22,661 nt of DNA from Synechococcus sp. GTDB lineage: Bacteria > Cyanobacteriota > Cyanobacteriia > Thermostichales > PCC-7336. The notes below the pieces were generated by a model that saw nothing but the letters and a program-made list of their open reading frames with translations, was not told where the DNA came from and did not search any database. Position numbers and translations under genes: made by a program. The DNA lies in NCBI GenBank assembly GCA_051439425.1, contig JBFRWD010000169.1, positions 1-22,661 on the forward strand. The letters run 5' to 3'. This document shows, piece by piece, positions 1 to 10,764 of this stretch. How positions within the stretch are numbered: position 1 is the stretch's first letter; each line of letters starts with the position of its first letter.

Positions 1-561
1 CTCAATTCAGAGTCGATTGTGTCCCGGGGCTCAGCATACCTTTCAGCTAAGCGGAGCGATAGGTAGTCACAAGTTGCCCACCAGAGTACTGTTCCGAGCA
101 CGCGAAGAACATGGGGTTCAATACTTGCGGAGAGGATGCAACCTACCCCAATCATTCAAGTCCAGCCCTCAAATTTCGGCAACTGAATTCATGCGAGCAC
201 GAATCGATACAGGCGAAAAAGTAAAATCGACCAGACTTGAATACTAACTGGTTTTAAATACCGGCCAGAGCTCGACGCAAAACTGAACTCGATTCAGACC
301 TGAACCTGACACCTGAATCGATCGCCGGTCCAGTCTCGCCTCATCAAACTTCACTTCAGCTCTGGCACACCGAATCGTTAGGGTTACTGCCATAGCCTGA
401 GTTCTCCGTTGAAAGCCATCCAGTCAGGAATTGGACACATAATACTTGGCCCCAAACCGTCGAAGGCATTACGGCTTGCCGACATCTCTTCCCCATAGAC
501 AGCATGAGAAGCAGCAAATTACTGACTGACAGCAACCAAAAGCTAACGTAGAGGGAGCTGA

Positions 562-1944
<1,383 letters not shown>

Positions 1945-1971
1945 CAGACTCCTCGTGCAACTGCACTTGAA

Positions 1972-1996
1972 AGGAGGGGTTTCCCCTCCTATTTTT
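1972..1996 (+). terminator. Intrinsic terminator of eno
   Basis: AGGAGGGG-ttt-CCCCTCCT stem followed by ATTTTT. Confidence 0.8.
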
Positions 1997-2127
1997 ATTT
2001 GACGTCTACAGCCCTTTGCAGGACAAACACGGGTACTCGGAGATTCTTCTGCGGGTAAGCTCTGAGCATAAGCAAGCAGCAAGCGTGCCACAGTTGCGCT
2101 TCAGCCAAGCGTATGGAGAAATAACCC

Positions 2128-2556
2128 ATGATGTCCGCACGCAGTGTTCCTCCCACAGATATGGTGAACGTGCTCGAAGAGCTCGTAATCAACGAGGCGA
2201 AACGACAGATTGCCGCTCTACCCGAAATCCAGAGAAAAAAACTAGCATTAGCAGAAGTGGCCGCCTACGTCCTCAATCAAATGAGCCCCATGTACGCCAC
2301 TACCCGAAATGGATGGGCTCACCAGCGAGAGAAAGCCCTACGACAAGTGGGGCGAGATGTACAAAGTCAGGTCTGCAAAGCGATTGTGAAAATCCGTACA
2401 TCACCAGCACGGATAGGCAAGCCACTGCCAGAAGCGATTGAAGCCCGCAGCTCTCTCAACCAACTACGAGTCATGCTCAATCAACCCGAGTTGAGCTGGG
2501 TGGACGTCCCAAAAGTGGTAGAGGATCTATTGAGTCGCATCGGGCAAGTGGTCTAG
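2128..2556 (+). CDS. Late competence development ComFB family protein (c-di-GMP-receptor family)
   Basis: VNVLEELV...EVAAYVLNQMSPMYATT.GW..Q resembles the cyanobacterial ComFB pattern (N.ME.LV...AYALNRLPPLYAT..GW). The C-terminal LSWVDVP segment is also typical. Confidence 0.8.
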   Translation: MMSARSVPPTDMVNVLEELVINEAKRQIAALPEIQRKKLALAEVAAYVLNQMSPMYATTRNGWAHQREKALRQVGRDVQSQVCKAIVKIRTSPARIGKPLPEAIEARSSLNQLRVMLNQPELSWVDVPKVVEDLLSRIGQVV

Positions 2557-3170
2557 CGTAGTCTCGAACTATAGAGTTTCGAAACAGGTCTGTAGGCTGA
2601 CTCACTGAGCTCAGACAATGCACCATTCAACCGTCACATTACCGAATCAGCATCGAACTCCCTTCCCTAACGGTCCAGACTGGTTGTCAAATTTCAAATC
2701 AGCCATCAAGCCGACAATGCCTGCGACCCGCTGAGTCACATTAATCCCCATTGAATAACCAATTTCAGTTGGTTTGTAACCGGATAGTTTTCAGCTCATG
2801 CCCCCAAGTTCTCAAACCTCTTTACTGTAGCGATCGCCACTTCTTATTGCGACAGATCTGCCCAAGACTGGAGTTAAGTCAGCTTAATAAAAATCTTCTT
2901 TGCTGATTTCCATTCACGTCGCTCGGCCTGCATTGTGCCAGTCACACTGAGTGGGCCGCAATGAGATCGACCCATCGTTTTTCTGTTCACTCCTCTCTGC
3001 TTCCCCCCATGATTTCCGCCTCCAGAGACCCCAATGTCAAACCCCAACCGTCATCTCAGGCTGCTCAATCGGGGCCTCGTAACCGTTGTGCGATCCGCAC
3101 TCAAGCCGCCAAACAGACCCGATACAATCGATTATTTGCAGCGGTGGTTCCCCGGGCACGAGCATGGCAA

Positions 3171-3695
3171 TTATTCTTGGTCGTAGCTCACCAAGCTGTG
3201 GACTGGGACACCGTTGGGAAGCCGCGATCGCCCATTTAGGAACGCCAGCTCGATCGCAAAACCAAATCCACACAGCACCCCTCCAGCCTCCTGAACCAGT
3301 TCTGCAGTAGCGATCGCAGTCCCTCCCGTCGCAATCAGATCGTCGACAATTGCCACACGGCTGCCTTCAGGAAATGCGTCGGCATGCATCTCTAGCGAGT
3401 CGGTACCGTACTCCAGAGCATAATCACGACTGAGGGTTTGGGCGGGCAACTTCCCTGGCTTGCGCACCGGAACAAAACCTGCGCCCAAAGTACACGCTAG
3501 GGGGGTACCAAAAATAAATCCTCTCGATTCAATCCCAATAACGTAGTCAACATCGCTCTCGCCAAAGCAAGTGCTCAACTTATCGACACAGGCCTGTAAT
3601 CCTTGAGGGTTACCCAACAGAGTTGTGATGTCCCGAAACACAATTCCAGGCTTGGGAAAGTCAGGAATGCTGCGGATTAAGGGTTTGAGTTCCAT
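3171..3695 (-). CDS. apt: Adenine phosphoribosyltransferase
   Basis: [34 protein letters not shown] and the PRPP motif [14 protein letters not shown] at 3695 follows AAAGGTGG. Confidence 0.97.
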   Translation of the reverse strand: MELKPLIRSIPDFPKPGIVFRDITTLLGNPQGLQACVDKLSTCFGESDVDYVIGIESRGFIFGTPLACTLGAGFVPVRKPGKLPAQTLSRDYALEYGTDSLEMHADAFPEGSRVAIVDDLIATGGTAIATAELVQEAGGVLCGFGFAIELAFLNGRSRLPNGVPVHSLVSYDQE

Positions 3696-3940
3696 GTCAC
3701 CACCTTTGTTCACTCAATAATTGTCCACACTCACTAGATCTTCAGACTCACAAGAGCACGAGACCCACCAGAACTCTACAAGGAATTTCTTCAGAGCATC
3801 TGTCCCGAGCGGTGCAGCCAGGCACAACCACTCCGAGCCATAATCACTTCGGGCGGAGCGTTGGCATCGGAAGTGGACGGGCCCGCTATAGTAAACGGGC
3901 ATTCTTCGCTGAGACAAAAAACACTTCTTGCGTCTTCTTT

Positions 3941-4612
3941 ATGTCCGTTTTCTCTATGGCATTTCTCGCTCATGTCAGCCTAACGATGGCCCTCTCTGTG
4001 GCTGTTGCCATCTGCGCGAGCCATCGCTGGGGACTATTGGCAATCTCGGCACCACTATCCGCCGTACTCTGGATGATTTTAGATGGTATCTGGCAACCCT
4101 CTTATGCGTTTTCTGTTGTAGAACCCAGCCTATTAGTGGTGGTTCTGACTGTATTTGCACTGACAGGGATGACTGGACAATGGAGATTGGTTGGAGGAGC
4201 GATCGGCATTTTCGAGGTTTGTGGCGTATTGGCTACGATCTACGCGTTGCAGGCATCAGCAGACCCTAACCCTCTTTTCCATGAAGCGATTCGTTCGGGC
4301 AGTCCTATGGTTGTAGGAGGTTTGGTTGCCACCAGTGTTGCGTTGGGGGCTCAGAAGCTCAACTGGCAGCCTTTCCCAACACTCTGTGCCGCCCTCGCAA
4401 TCGGACTAACTCTAGATAGTTCGCTATATACCGCTTGGGTGCAAGAGCAAGCCCTTTGGCAACAGTTCGATTGGGTACAGCCGCTGTTGATGAAACTGGC
4501 GGATAAACTACTACTCGCTTCAGTTGCTATCGCCACAATATGGATTTTGGGAGCAGCACCTTCGGAATCAGTCAATCAGCCAGTCAGTCAATCAACAGCA
4601 GAAAGACGGTGA
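3941..4612 (+). CDS. Hypothetical integral membrane protein (weak VUT/YhhQ-like similarity)
   Basis: About 6-7 hydrophobic segments; the ORF fills the gap between apt and the NYN gene. The start codon is uncertain (3812, 3941 or 3956). Confidence 0.65.
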   Translation: MSVFSMAFLAHVSLTMALSVAVAICASHRWGLLAISAPLSAVLWMILDGIWQPSYAFSVVEPSLLVVVLTVFALTGMTGQWRLVGGAIGIFEVCGVLATIYALQASADPNPLFHEAIRSGSPMVVGGLVATSVALGAQKLNWQPFPTLCAALAIGLTLDSSLYTAWVQEQALWQQFDWVQPLLMKLADKLLLASVAIATIWILGAAPSESVNQPVSQSTAERR

Positions 4613-5155
4613 TTATTTTTGGCGGCTGCCGATATCTTTGCCGTGTAGCCGCCATTGAGTCAGGCGATCGCGGGTGGAGCGGTCGAGAAATGCATCAATA
4701 CCTCGACCCGGCTTGCGGGTAGTGCGCGAGGCTCGCTTGGCCTGTTTGGCCGCCAGCTTCACTTCTTCGTGCAAGCCCAGTACCGATACCCAATCCGCAT
4801 CAAATCCCATCGCAATGAGTTGAATGGCGCGATCGGACGTCGCCACTCTAACCCGACAATCCTCCCACTGCAGCTGGGCACAGGTACGCTCGATGTATGC
4901 ATCGGCGGTTTCGCCATAGTCCGTGAAATAAACGTCCACACCTTTCGGCGTCACCATTGGCACGCTCGGGTGTTGGTGATTGTGTGCATCAAACGCCACA
5001 ATTCCTCGATATCCCCGAAACACCACAAAACTTGAAAGTTTTTCTAGCAGCTTGCCGCGAGCAATGTGCAAGTCAGTTTTCGTCGCGTATCTCTGCAAAC
5101 CCGGCCAAGCATGGATCGCGTTATATCCATCCACAATCAGTAATGTGGCAGCCAT
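4613..5155 (-). CDS. NYN domain RNase, YacP/Rae1 family
   Basis: LLIVDGYN, AFDA, ETADAYIER and VATSD are the acidic PIN/NYN motifs; C-terminal L..WR. Confidence 0.9.
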   Translation of the reverse strand: MAATLLIVDGYNAIHAWPGLQRYATKTDLHIARGKLLEKLSSFVVFRGYRGIVAFDAHNHQHPSVPMVTPKGVDVYFTDYGETADAYIERTCAQLQWEDCRVRVATSDRAIQLIAMGFDADWVSVLGLHEEVKLAAKQAKRASRTTRKPGRGIDAFLDRSTRDRLTQWRLHGKDIGSRQK

Positions 5156-5286
5156 TGAGCCAAGCTTGATAGGTCGAACTCATTATTACCAAATAAGAAC
5201 TTAAATTACAATTTACGACCTTCGATTCTCATAACCCAGCCGAACCCCAAGCGGCTGCCATCATCACTTGGCTCGCAACGGTTACA

Positions 5287-5376
5287 GCAATCCGCTGCAA
5301 GGTCTAGAGTGCGAAAACCGCTCAAAGCTTTAATTGGCAGGAGAAAGCGATCGGGATACTCTCTGTAGCAGATTGC
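5287..5376. repeat. ~90-bp dispersed repeat with terminal inverted repeats, copy 1
   Basis: GCAATCCGCTGCAAGGTCTAGAGT...CTCTCTGTAGCAGATTGC; about 70% identical to copy 3 by manual alignment. Confidence 0.85.
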
Positions 5377-5447
5377 AAACCACTATATCAGCGCCAATCT
5401 TGTCAGATCGATGGGCCTGCAAGTTGGGAATTCAATGGATTATTCCA

Positions 5448-6263
5448 TCAAGGGGCGACTGCCAATCCCCAATACCAATCCACAATTTGGGGGCCAAAAA
5501 ACATCGCCGTTACGGCCCCTAAGACTAGATACGGCCCGAATGGAATCGGCTTACTCCACTGCTTGCCACGCATTAGCTTTAAGGAAATACCAATCGCAGT
5601 TCCCAGCAAACAGGCCACAAAAATACTGACCAATACAGCACGCCACCCCAACCAAAACCCAACGGCCGCCATCAGCTTGCCATCGCCTCCTCCCATCGCT
5701 TCTTTTCCCAACACGAGGAGACCAATCCAACCAATAGCTTCTAGTGAGACAATTCCTAGCGTCATGCCAATAGCGCCATCCAGTAATGACGGGGCAATCG
5801 CGGCTAGACCTCCACCAGATAGCAGGGGTAACCCCAATCGCAACAGCAAAGCAGTAATAAGCGCCGAACGGGTGAGCAGCTCGGGCAACAGATATGTCTC
5901 GATATCGATGAGTGCTAGTGGAAATAGCCAGCTTAGGAGTAACGCCCCGCTCGCGGCTGTCCACGACCACCCCCACACCACAAAGCAGAGCAAATACAGC
6001 CCCATGGTGAATGCTTCAACGATTGGATACCGAATTGAAATGGGGGTACCGCAATGGCGGCACCGCCCCCTCAATGCAATCCAGCCCAGAATCGGGACAT
6101 TTTCGGTGGGGCCCAAGCCAGTACCGCACTTGGGACAATGGGACGGCGGATGAATCAGGGAAAGTTGGCGGGGAACTCGGTAGACCACCACATTCAAGAA
6201 ACTTCCGACAGATGCTCCTACCACTGCGACCAACAGCCAACCGGGCCAGAACTCCCATCCCAT
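5448..6263 (-). CDS. pilD: Prepilin peptidase / N-methyltransferase (A24A)
   Basis: GSFLNVVVYRVP, CPKC/CRHC zinc motifs, catalytic Asp residues in LIDIET and MGGGDGKL, and IPFGPYL. Likely start MGWEF at 6263. Confidence 0.95.
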   Translation of the reverse strand: MGWEFWPGWLLVAVVGASVGSFLNVVVYRVPRQLSLIHPPSHCPKCGTGLGPTENVPILGWIALRGRCRHCGTPISIRYPIVEAFTMGLYLLCFVVWGWSWTAASGALLLSWLFPLALIDIETYLLPELLTRSALITALLLRLGLPLLSGGGLAAIAPSLLDGAIGMTLGIVSLEAIGWIGLLVLGKEAMGGGDGKLMAAVGFWLGWRAVLVSIFVACLLGTAIGISLKLMRGKQWSKPIPFGPYLVLGAVTAMFFGPQIVDWYWGLAVAP

Positions 6264-6405
6264 TGAATTTTCCTCTGTACGCTTACCGTCGTGCCCCCTT
6301 CGCAGAGCGAGACAATCGTTCTTTAGTGATGCGCTAACTTCATAACCTGCTGTCAACAACAGGATGCGCGTTGAACGGTGCCATTCTCTTATCAGAGGCC
6401 GCAGT

Positions 6406-6612
6406 CTAAGATGCCACTGCCATCTCCAATTGATTCATGGGGATAAACCGTTCGTAGGGCAATAGAACCGGATAGGGAGAACAGAGTAGCTCCCCCCTCA
6501 GGGTTTCAACATTGACAACAACGCCCGTAGGTTCGCGATCGCGCAAGGTCATCCAGCGAACTTTCTCGTCATACACCTGACGAGCGACCAGCATCAATTC
6601 TGAATTCATCAT
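6406..6612 (-). CDS. Small hypothetical protein (~68 aa)
   Basis: ATG-started ORF in an otherwise empty gap, co-oriented with pilD, with protein-like composition. Confidence 0.5.
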   Translation of the reverse strand: MMNSELMLVARQVYDEKVRWMTLRDREPTGVVVNVETLRGELLCSPYPVLLPYERFIPMNQLEMAVAS

Positions 6613-6894
6613 TACTTTTAATCTCAACCCACTCACACGCCTCAACAATAGCGCCGATCCCCCAAGTCGCCAGTTGCAAACTGTTGCGTTTCGTAGGGGC
6701 TCGTAAATGAAGCTAATGAAGAGTCATGCTGGGTCAACGCCTGTCAGGTCTACCGCTGATACTGGGTGCTCGTCGCCACAATCCCAGCAGTTCGGCCAAT
6801 CCTCGTAAATCCCCCGTCAAGATTGGTCAGCCCTGGTGGGATTTTTTCGGATGGCTTGCGGCTGCTTGACGCACTACCATTAGTGCTTCAGATT

Positions 6895-6945
6895 GCGATC
6901 CCCATCAAACCTATAGCGATCCCCATCAAACCTGTAGAGATCCCT
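6895..6945. repeat. 21-bp tandem repeat, about 2.4 units
   Basis: GCGATCCCCATCAAACCTATA / GCGATCCCCATCAAACCTGTA / GAGATCCCT. Confidence 0.85.
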
Positions 6946-7030
6946 AGCCCAATCGTCGCGGTCGAAGTTTTCACATAGAGATTGGTTCATTGTTGGGTAC
7001 ACTCATGAAGGTTTGTAAACGCATGGTCTT

Positions 7031-7207
7031 CCCTCGCTGGCATTCCTACATCTCCTGTTCGGGATGAGTGTTTAACGGGCTAGGTCGCATCCATTCCCGC
7101 CATCGATTTATATCTCTTGTCGATGAATTCGATGTTGAGACGCCACTCAGGTGGCTAATCATCTAGAGGAATAACCATCCGCTGGATGCGACCGGTCAGA
7201 GCGAGGG
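7031..7207 (+). promoter_or_regulatory. Putative structured 5' leader of desB
   Basis: Nested inverted repeats: 7031-7038 with 7200-7207, and 7083-7093 with 7183-7193 (perfect 11 bp), plus three internal hairpins. A -10-like TACACT lies at 6998-7003. Confidence 0.55.
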
Positions 7208-7237
7208 GGACGAGTCCCATCACCGGTTTAAAAATTC

Positions 7238-8308
7238 GTGCAAACACTATCCCGTTCACCGTCAAAATCGAACCGCCGATCCGAGCTGCCGTTCACCCTC
7301 CAGGACATCCGCACTGCGATTCCGGAATATTGCTTTCAGCCCAATGCTTGGCGATCGCTGGCTTATTTCTTTTTAGACATTGGCGTCATTGCAGGGCTCT
7401 ATGCCTTAGCCATTACTCTCAATTCTTGGCTGTTTTTCCCCGTATTTTGGCTGGCCACCGGCACCATGTTCTGGTCTCTATTCGTGGTGGGTCACGACTG
7501 CGGTCACGGTTCCTTTTCCCGCTACAAGTGGCTCAATAACTTGATCGGCCACCTCAGCCATACCCCCATCTTGGTGCCGTTCCATGGATGGCGCATTAGC
7601 CACCGTACTCACCTCGCCAACACCGGCAATATCGATACTGACGAAAGTTGGTATCCGATCGGGGAAGAGAAATACAACCAAATGCCTTGGTACGAGAAGC
7701 TATTTCGCTTCTATGCCCCTCTAGTAGCATTTCCTATTTATCTTTTCCGACGCTCGCCGTCTCGGGAAGGTGGCTCCCACTTTTCCCCCAACAGTCCTCT
7801 ATTCAAGCCCAAAGAGCGGGTTGGTGTCGTAGTCAGCACGATTTGTTGGCTGGGCATGGTCGGATTTCTCGGATGGTTGACTTATCAATTTGGCTGGATG
7901 GTGTTGCTGAAGTACTATGCGGTTCCCTATCTGATTTTTGTTATATGGCTGGATTTGGTCACCTTCTTGCACCACACCGAGGATGACATTCCCTGGTATC
8001 GCGGCAAAGACTGGTACTTCTTGAAAGGAGCACTATCCACCATCGATCGCGACTACGGCTTCATCAACGAGATTCACCACAACATCGGCACCCACGTCGC
8101 CCACCACATTTTCTTGGCCATTCCTCACTATCACTTGAAGGAAGCAACCGAGGCCATTAAGCCTGTACTGGGTGACTACTACCGCAAGTCTGAAGAGTCC
8201 ATCTGGACAAGTTTCATCAAATCCTGTTGGTCCTGCCACTTTGTGTCAGATAAGGGTGGGAAAGTGTTCTATCAGCCCCAACCTTCGAAAGCGACTGAGT
8301 CTCGCTAG
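7238..8308 (+). CDS. desB: Omega-3 (delta-15) acyl-lipid desaturase with an altered second His box
   Basis: LPFTL.DIR.AIP..CF.P N-terminus, HDCGHGSFS, GWRISHRTHL, TFLHH and HVAHH. Confidence 0.93.
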   Translation: MQTLSRSPSKSNRRSELPFTLQDIRTAIPEYCFQPNAWRSLAYFFLDIGVIAGLYALAITLNSWLFFPVFWLATGTMFWSLFVVGHDCGHGSFSRYKWLNNLIGHLSHTPILVPFHGWRISHRTHLANTGNIDTDESWYPIGEEKYNQMPWYEKLFRFYAPLVAFPIYLFRRSPSREGGSHFSPNSPLFKPKERVGVVVSTICWLGMVGFLGWLTYQFGWMVLLKYYAVPYLIFVIWLDLVTFLHHTEDDIPWYRGKDWYFLKGALSTIDRDYGFINEIHHNIGTHVAHHIFLAIPHYHLKEATEAIKPVLGDYYRKSEESIWTSFIKSCWSCHFVSDKGGKVFYQPQPSKATESR

Positions 8309-8354
8309 AACTAGATTGGTACTAGGAACGACATGCTCGTTTCCCATAAAGCTC

Positions 8355-8398
8355 CCCCTTGCATGTGTTGGTTGAACCATAAGGTGCAAGGGGATTTT
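8355..8398 (+). terminator. Putative terminator after desB
   Basis: CCCCTTGCA...TGCAAGGGG stem followed by ATTTT. Confidence 0.55.
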
Positions 8399-8405
8399 GT
8401 ATATA

Positions 8406-8494
8406 CCAATCCGCTGTAAGGCCTAGAGTCAGGAGACAGCTCAAAGCCTTAATCTACAAGGAGAAATCATTGAAAATTCTCCATAGTGGATTGC
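8406..8494. repeat. ~90-bp dispersed repeat with terminal inverted repeats, copy 2
   Basis: CCAATCCGCTGTAAGGCCTAGAGT...TTCTCCATAGTGGATTGC; about 80% identical to copy 3. Confidence 0.9.
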
Positions 8495-8528
8495 CTAGCG
8501 CTGTATGCGATCGCATTGACACACGCCA

Positions 8529-9092
8529 CTAGCGAACTTCTTCAAAACTACTAATTGCTGACTTCAGGACGGTTTGGTTGCGAGGATAGAAATCGGCCAA
8601 TGTCCAGGCGAGGAGTTGATGGTAGGTGTTCTCGCCATCTACAGTCGTATGAAGATAGACAACCCTTAGTCCCTGAATTTCTGTACGGATTTCGTATTGT
8701 ATTGCTTGGCGACCATTAATCGTTAGTTGAGATGGAGAGCTAACTGATGCCGCAGTGCCCAAGTTGTCGAGCAAGAGTTGACGGGTGACATCGGCATGAT
8801 TGCGGAATGTCCAGTTTGAAGGGAAGTCTACTTTAGGCTCGGAAATAACGATCAGATATTCTTCTGACCTCAGGTCGGCCACCTGGAGGTCGGCCTCGCC
8901 ATTTAAATCGCCCTGTTCTAACCAACGACCGGGGACATTCACGCGACTGCCGTTGTCGGCGGAATACACATAATTTAGTCGAGAAATACCGGTTTGACTG
9001 ATCGATTGCGTTGCAGGGAGCATGACTCCCACTAGCGTCGCGAAGGCAGACAGGCCCAAGACTGCAAGGTTTGACGTCAGAGTGCGCTGCAT
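8529..9092 (-). CDS. Hypothetical exported protein (possibly PsbP/DcrB-like fold)
   Basis: N-terminal hydrophobic signal-like segment; V.VP..W, INGRQAIQYE and a C-terminal ISSF.E pattern. Start MQRTL at 9092. Confidence 0.7.
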   Translation of the reverse strand: MQRTLTSNLAVLGLSAFATLVGVMLPATQSISQTGISRLNYVYSADNGSRVNVPGRWLEQGDLNGEADLQVADLRSEEYLIVISEPKVDFPSNWTFRNHADVTRQLLLDNLGTAASVSSPSQLTINGRQAIQYEIRTEIQGLRVVYLHTTVDGENTYHQLLAWTLADFYPRNQTVLKSAISSFEEVR

Positions 9093-9233
9093 AAATTGAT
9101 TCCCTTCAAGCAAGGTCGAGCAGATAGTGATGAAACAGCAGCCTATCGCTACATTATTGATTCACCGTCACTACTTATAGAGCCCATTCGCGTCACTCTT
9201 GTATACTGCCTGACCGCAACTTATAAGGCGAAG

Positions 9234-9261
9234 AAAAAACTGCCAGTGCAATACCGGCAGT
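9234..9261 (-). terminator. Intrinsic terminator of hemL
   Basis: ACTGCC...GGCAGT stem next to an A-run, which is a U-tract on the minus strand. Confidence 0.6.
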
Positions 9262-9300
9262 CAACGAACATCAATGTGAGGTGAATTCGAATGTTCTAAT

Positions 9301-10596
9301 TTAGATATTGGCAAACACAGTCTTCGCTGCAGCGATCGTCTGCTCGACCAGCTCCTCAGTGTGAGTCAAAGAGGTAAACCCAGCTTCAAACTGAGAAGGG
9401 GCGAGGTAAACACCTTCCTCTAGCATGGCGCGGTGGAAGCGACTGAACTTGTCGGTGTCGGACTTCTTGGCATCGTCAAAGCTATTGACCGGGCCGGGAT
9501 TGAAGAAGAAACCAAACATACCGCCAGCACATTGACCACAAGCTTCGTGACCGGCGTCCTTAGCTGCAGCCACTAGGCCATCAGAGACCGTCTGGCTCAT
9601 CTTGTGCAGGTACTCGTAAGTACCGGGTCGCTTGAGAATCTCTAGAGTCTTAATCCCCGCCGTCATGGCTAAGGGGTTCCCGGACAATGTCCCCGCCTGA
9701 TACATGGGGCCAGCCGGCGCCACCATACTCATCATGTCTGCACGTCCGCCATAAGCACCGACGGGCAGGCCACCGCCAATCACCTTACCCATCGTGGTCA
9801 GATCGGGGGTAACACCGAAGCGTTCTTGGGCACCACCGTAAGCGAGACGGAAGCCAGTCATGACTTCGTCGAATACCAATACAGCATCGTACTTGCGAGT
9901 CATGTCCCGCAGTCCTTGCAAGAAACCGGGCTGAGGAGCAATGCAACCCGCGTTGCCCACCATCGGCTCTAGAATCACTCCGGCGATCTGACCGGGGTTG
10001 GCTTCGAACAAAGCTTCGACAGAAGCTAGATCATTGTAAGGCGCAGTTAGAGTGTTAGCGGCAGTCGCAGCAGTAACGCCAGGAGAGTTGGGCAGACCCA
10101 GAGTGGCTACGCCAGAGCCAGCTTCCACCAAGAACATGTCGGCGTGACCGTGATAGTTGCCCTTGAATTTGATGATTTTTTCGCGCCCGGTGAACGCACG
10201 CATCAAACGCAGCACCGACATGCAAGCCTCGGTACCGGAGTTTACAAACCGCACCATCTCCACGCTGGGAACAGCGTCGATGACCATCTCGGCCAACTGG
10301 TTTTCTAGAACGCAGGGAGCGCCAAAGCTGGTGCCCTTGTCCAATGCCGCGTGCAGGGCTTCTAACACTTCGGGGTGTGCATGACCGACGATCGCGGGTC
10401 CCCAAGTGCCCACGTAGTCGATGTACTGGTTACCATCTACGTCCCAGATATAGGAATCCTTAACACGATCGAACACGATCGGATCGCCCCCAACCGACTT
10501 GAATGCGCGCACGGGGGAGCTCACACCACCGGGCATAAGCGTCTGAGCCGCCGCGAATATCTTTTGGGATTCGGTTGTTCTGAACGCAGTAACCAC
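9301..10596 (-). CDS. hemL: Glutamate-1-semialdehyde 2,1-aminomutase
   Basis: [33 protein letters not shown]-binding Lys in TMGKVIGGG, and [10 protein letters not shown]. Confidence 0.98.
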   Translation of the reverse strand: MVTAFRTTESQKIFAAAQTLMPGGVSSPVRAFKSVGGDPIVFDRVKDSYIWDVDGNQYIDYVGTWGPAIVGHAHPEVLEALHAALDKGTSFGAPCVLENQLAEMVIDAVPSVEMVRFVNSGTEACMSVLRLMRAFTGREKIIKFKGNYHGHADMFLVEAGSGVATLGLPNSPGVTAATAANTLTAPYNDLASVEALFEANPGQIAGVILEPMVGNAGCIAPQPGFLQGLRDMTRKYDAVLVFDEVMTGFRLAYGGAQERFGVTPDLTTMGKVIGGGLPVGAYGGRADMMSMVAPAGPMYQAGTLSGNPLAMTAGIKTLEILKRPGTYEYLHKMSQTVSDGLVAAAKDAGHEACGQCAGGMFGFFFNPGPVNSFDDAKKSDTDKFSRFHRAMLEEGVYLAPSQFEAGFTSLTHTEELVEQTIAAAKTVFANI

Positions 10597-10764
10597 TACA
10601 GTCTCCTGTGCAATAAATCAGTTTCGAGAGAGGGCTTAAAAAATTAAATCGGCTTTCATTGTAGTGCGATCGCTCCCCACAAAATGTGGACTTGCGTTAA
10701 GCACAGTTAGGTAAAACGCTTACGTACCACGATCGATTCGCACCTCTCCGAGCATCTGCTATTG

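Noticed and set aside
2557..3170. 600-bp gap between the ComFB gene and apt containing short ORFs
   Set aside because: I found no convincing ORF, RNA motif or repeat.
3845..3900. Hairpins CACTTC/GAAGTG and GCCCG/CGGGC between apt and the membrane gene, considered as a purine, preQ1, glnA or SAH riboswitch
   Set aside because: Only fragments of the consensus sequences match (CGTTGGC..GGAAGT, GTAAA); required helices and core nucleotides are missing.
7025..7212. The desB upstream structure as 6S RNA
   Set aside because: The length fits, but the fold is multibranched rather than a rod with a central bubble, so it is reported as a leader instead.
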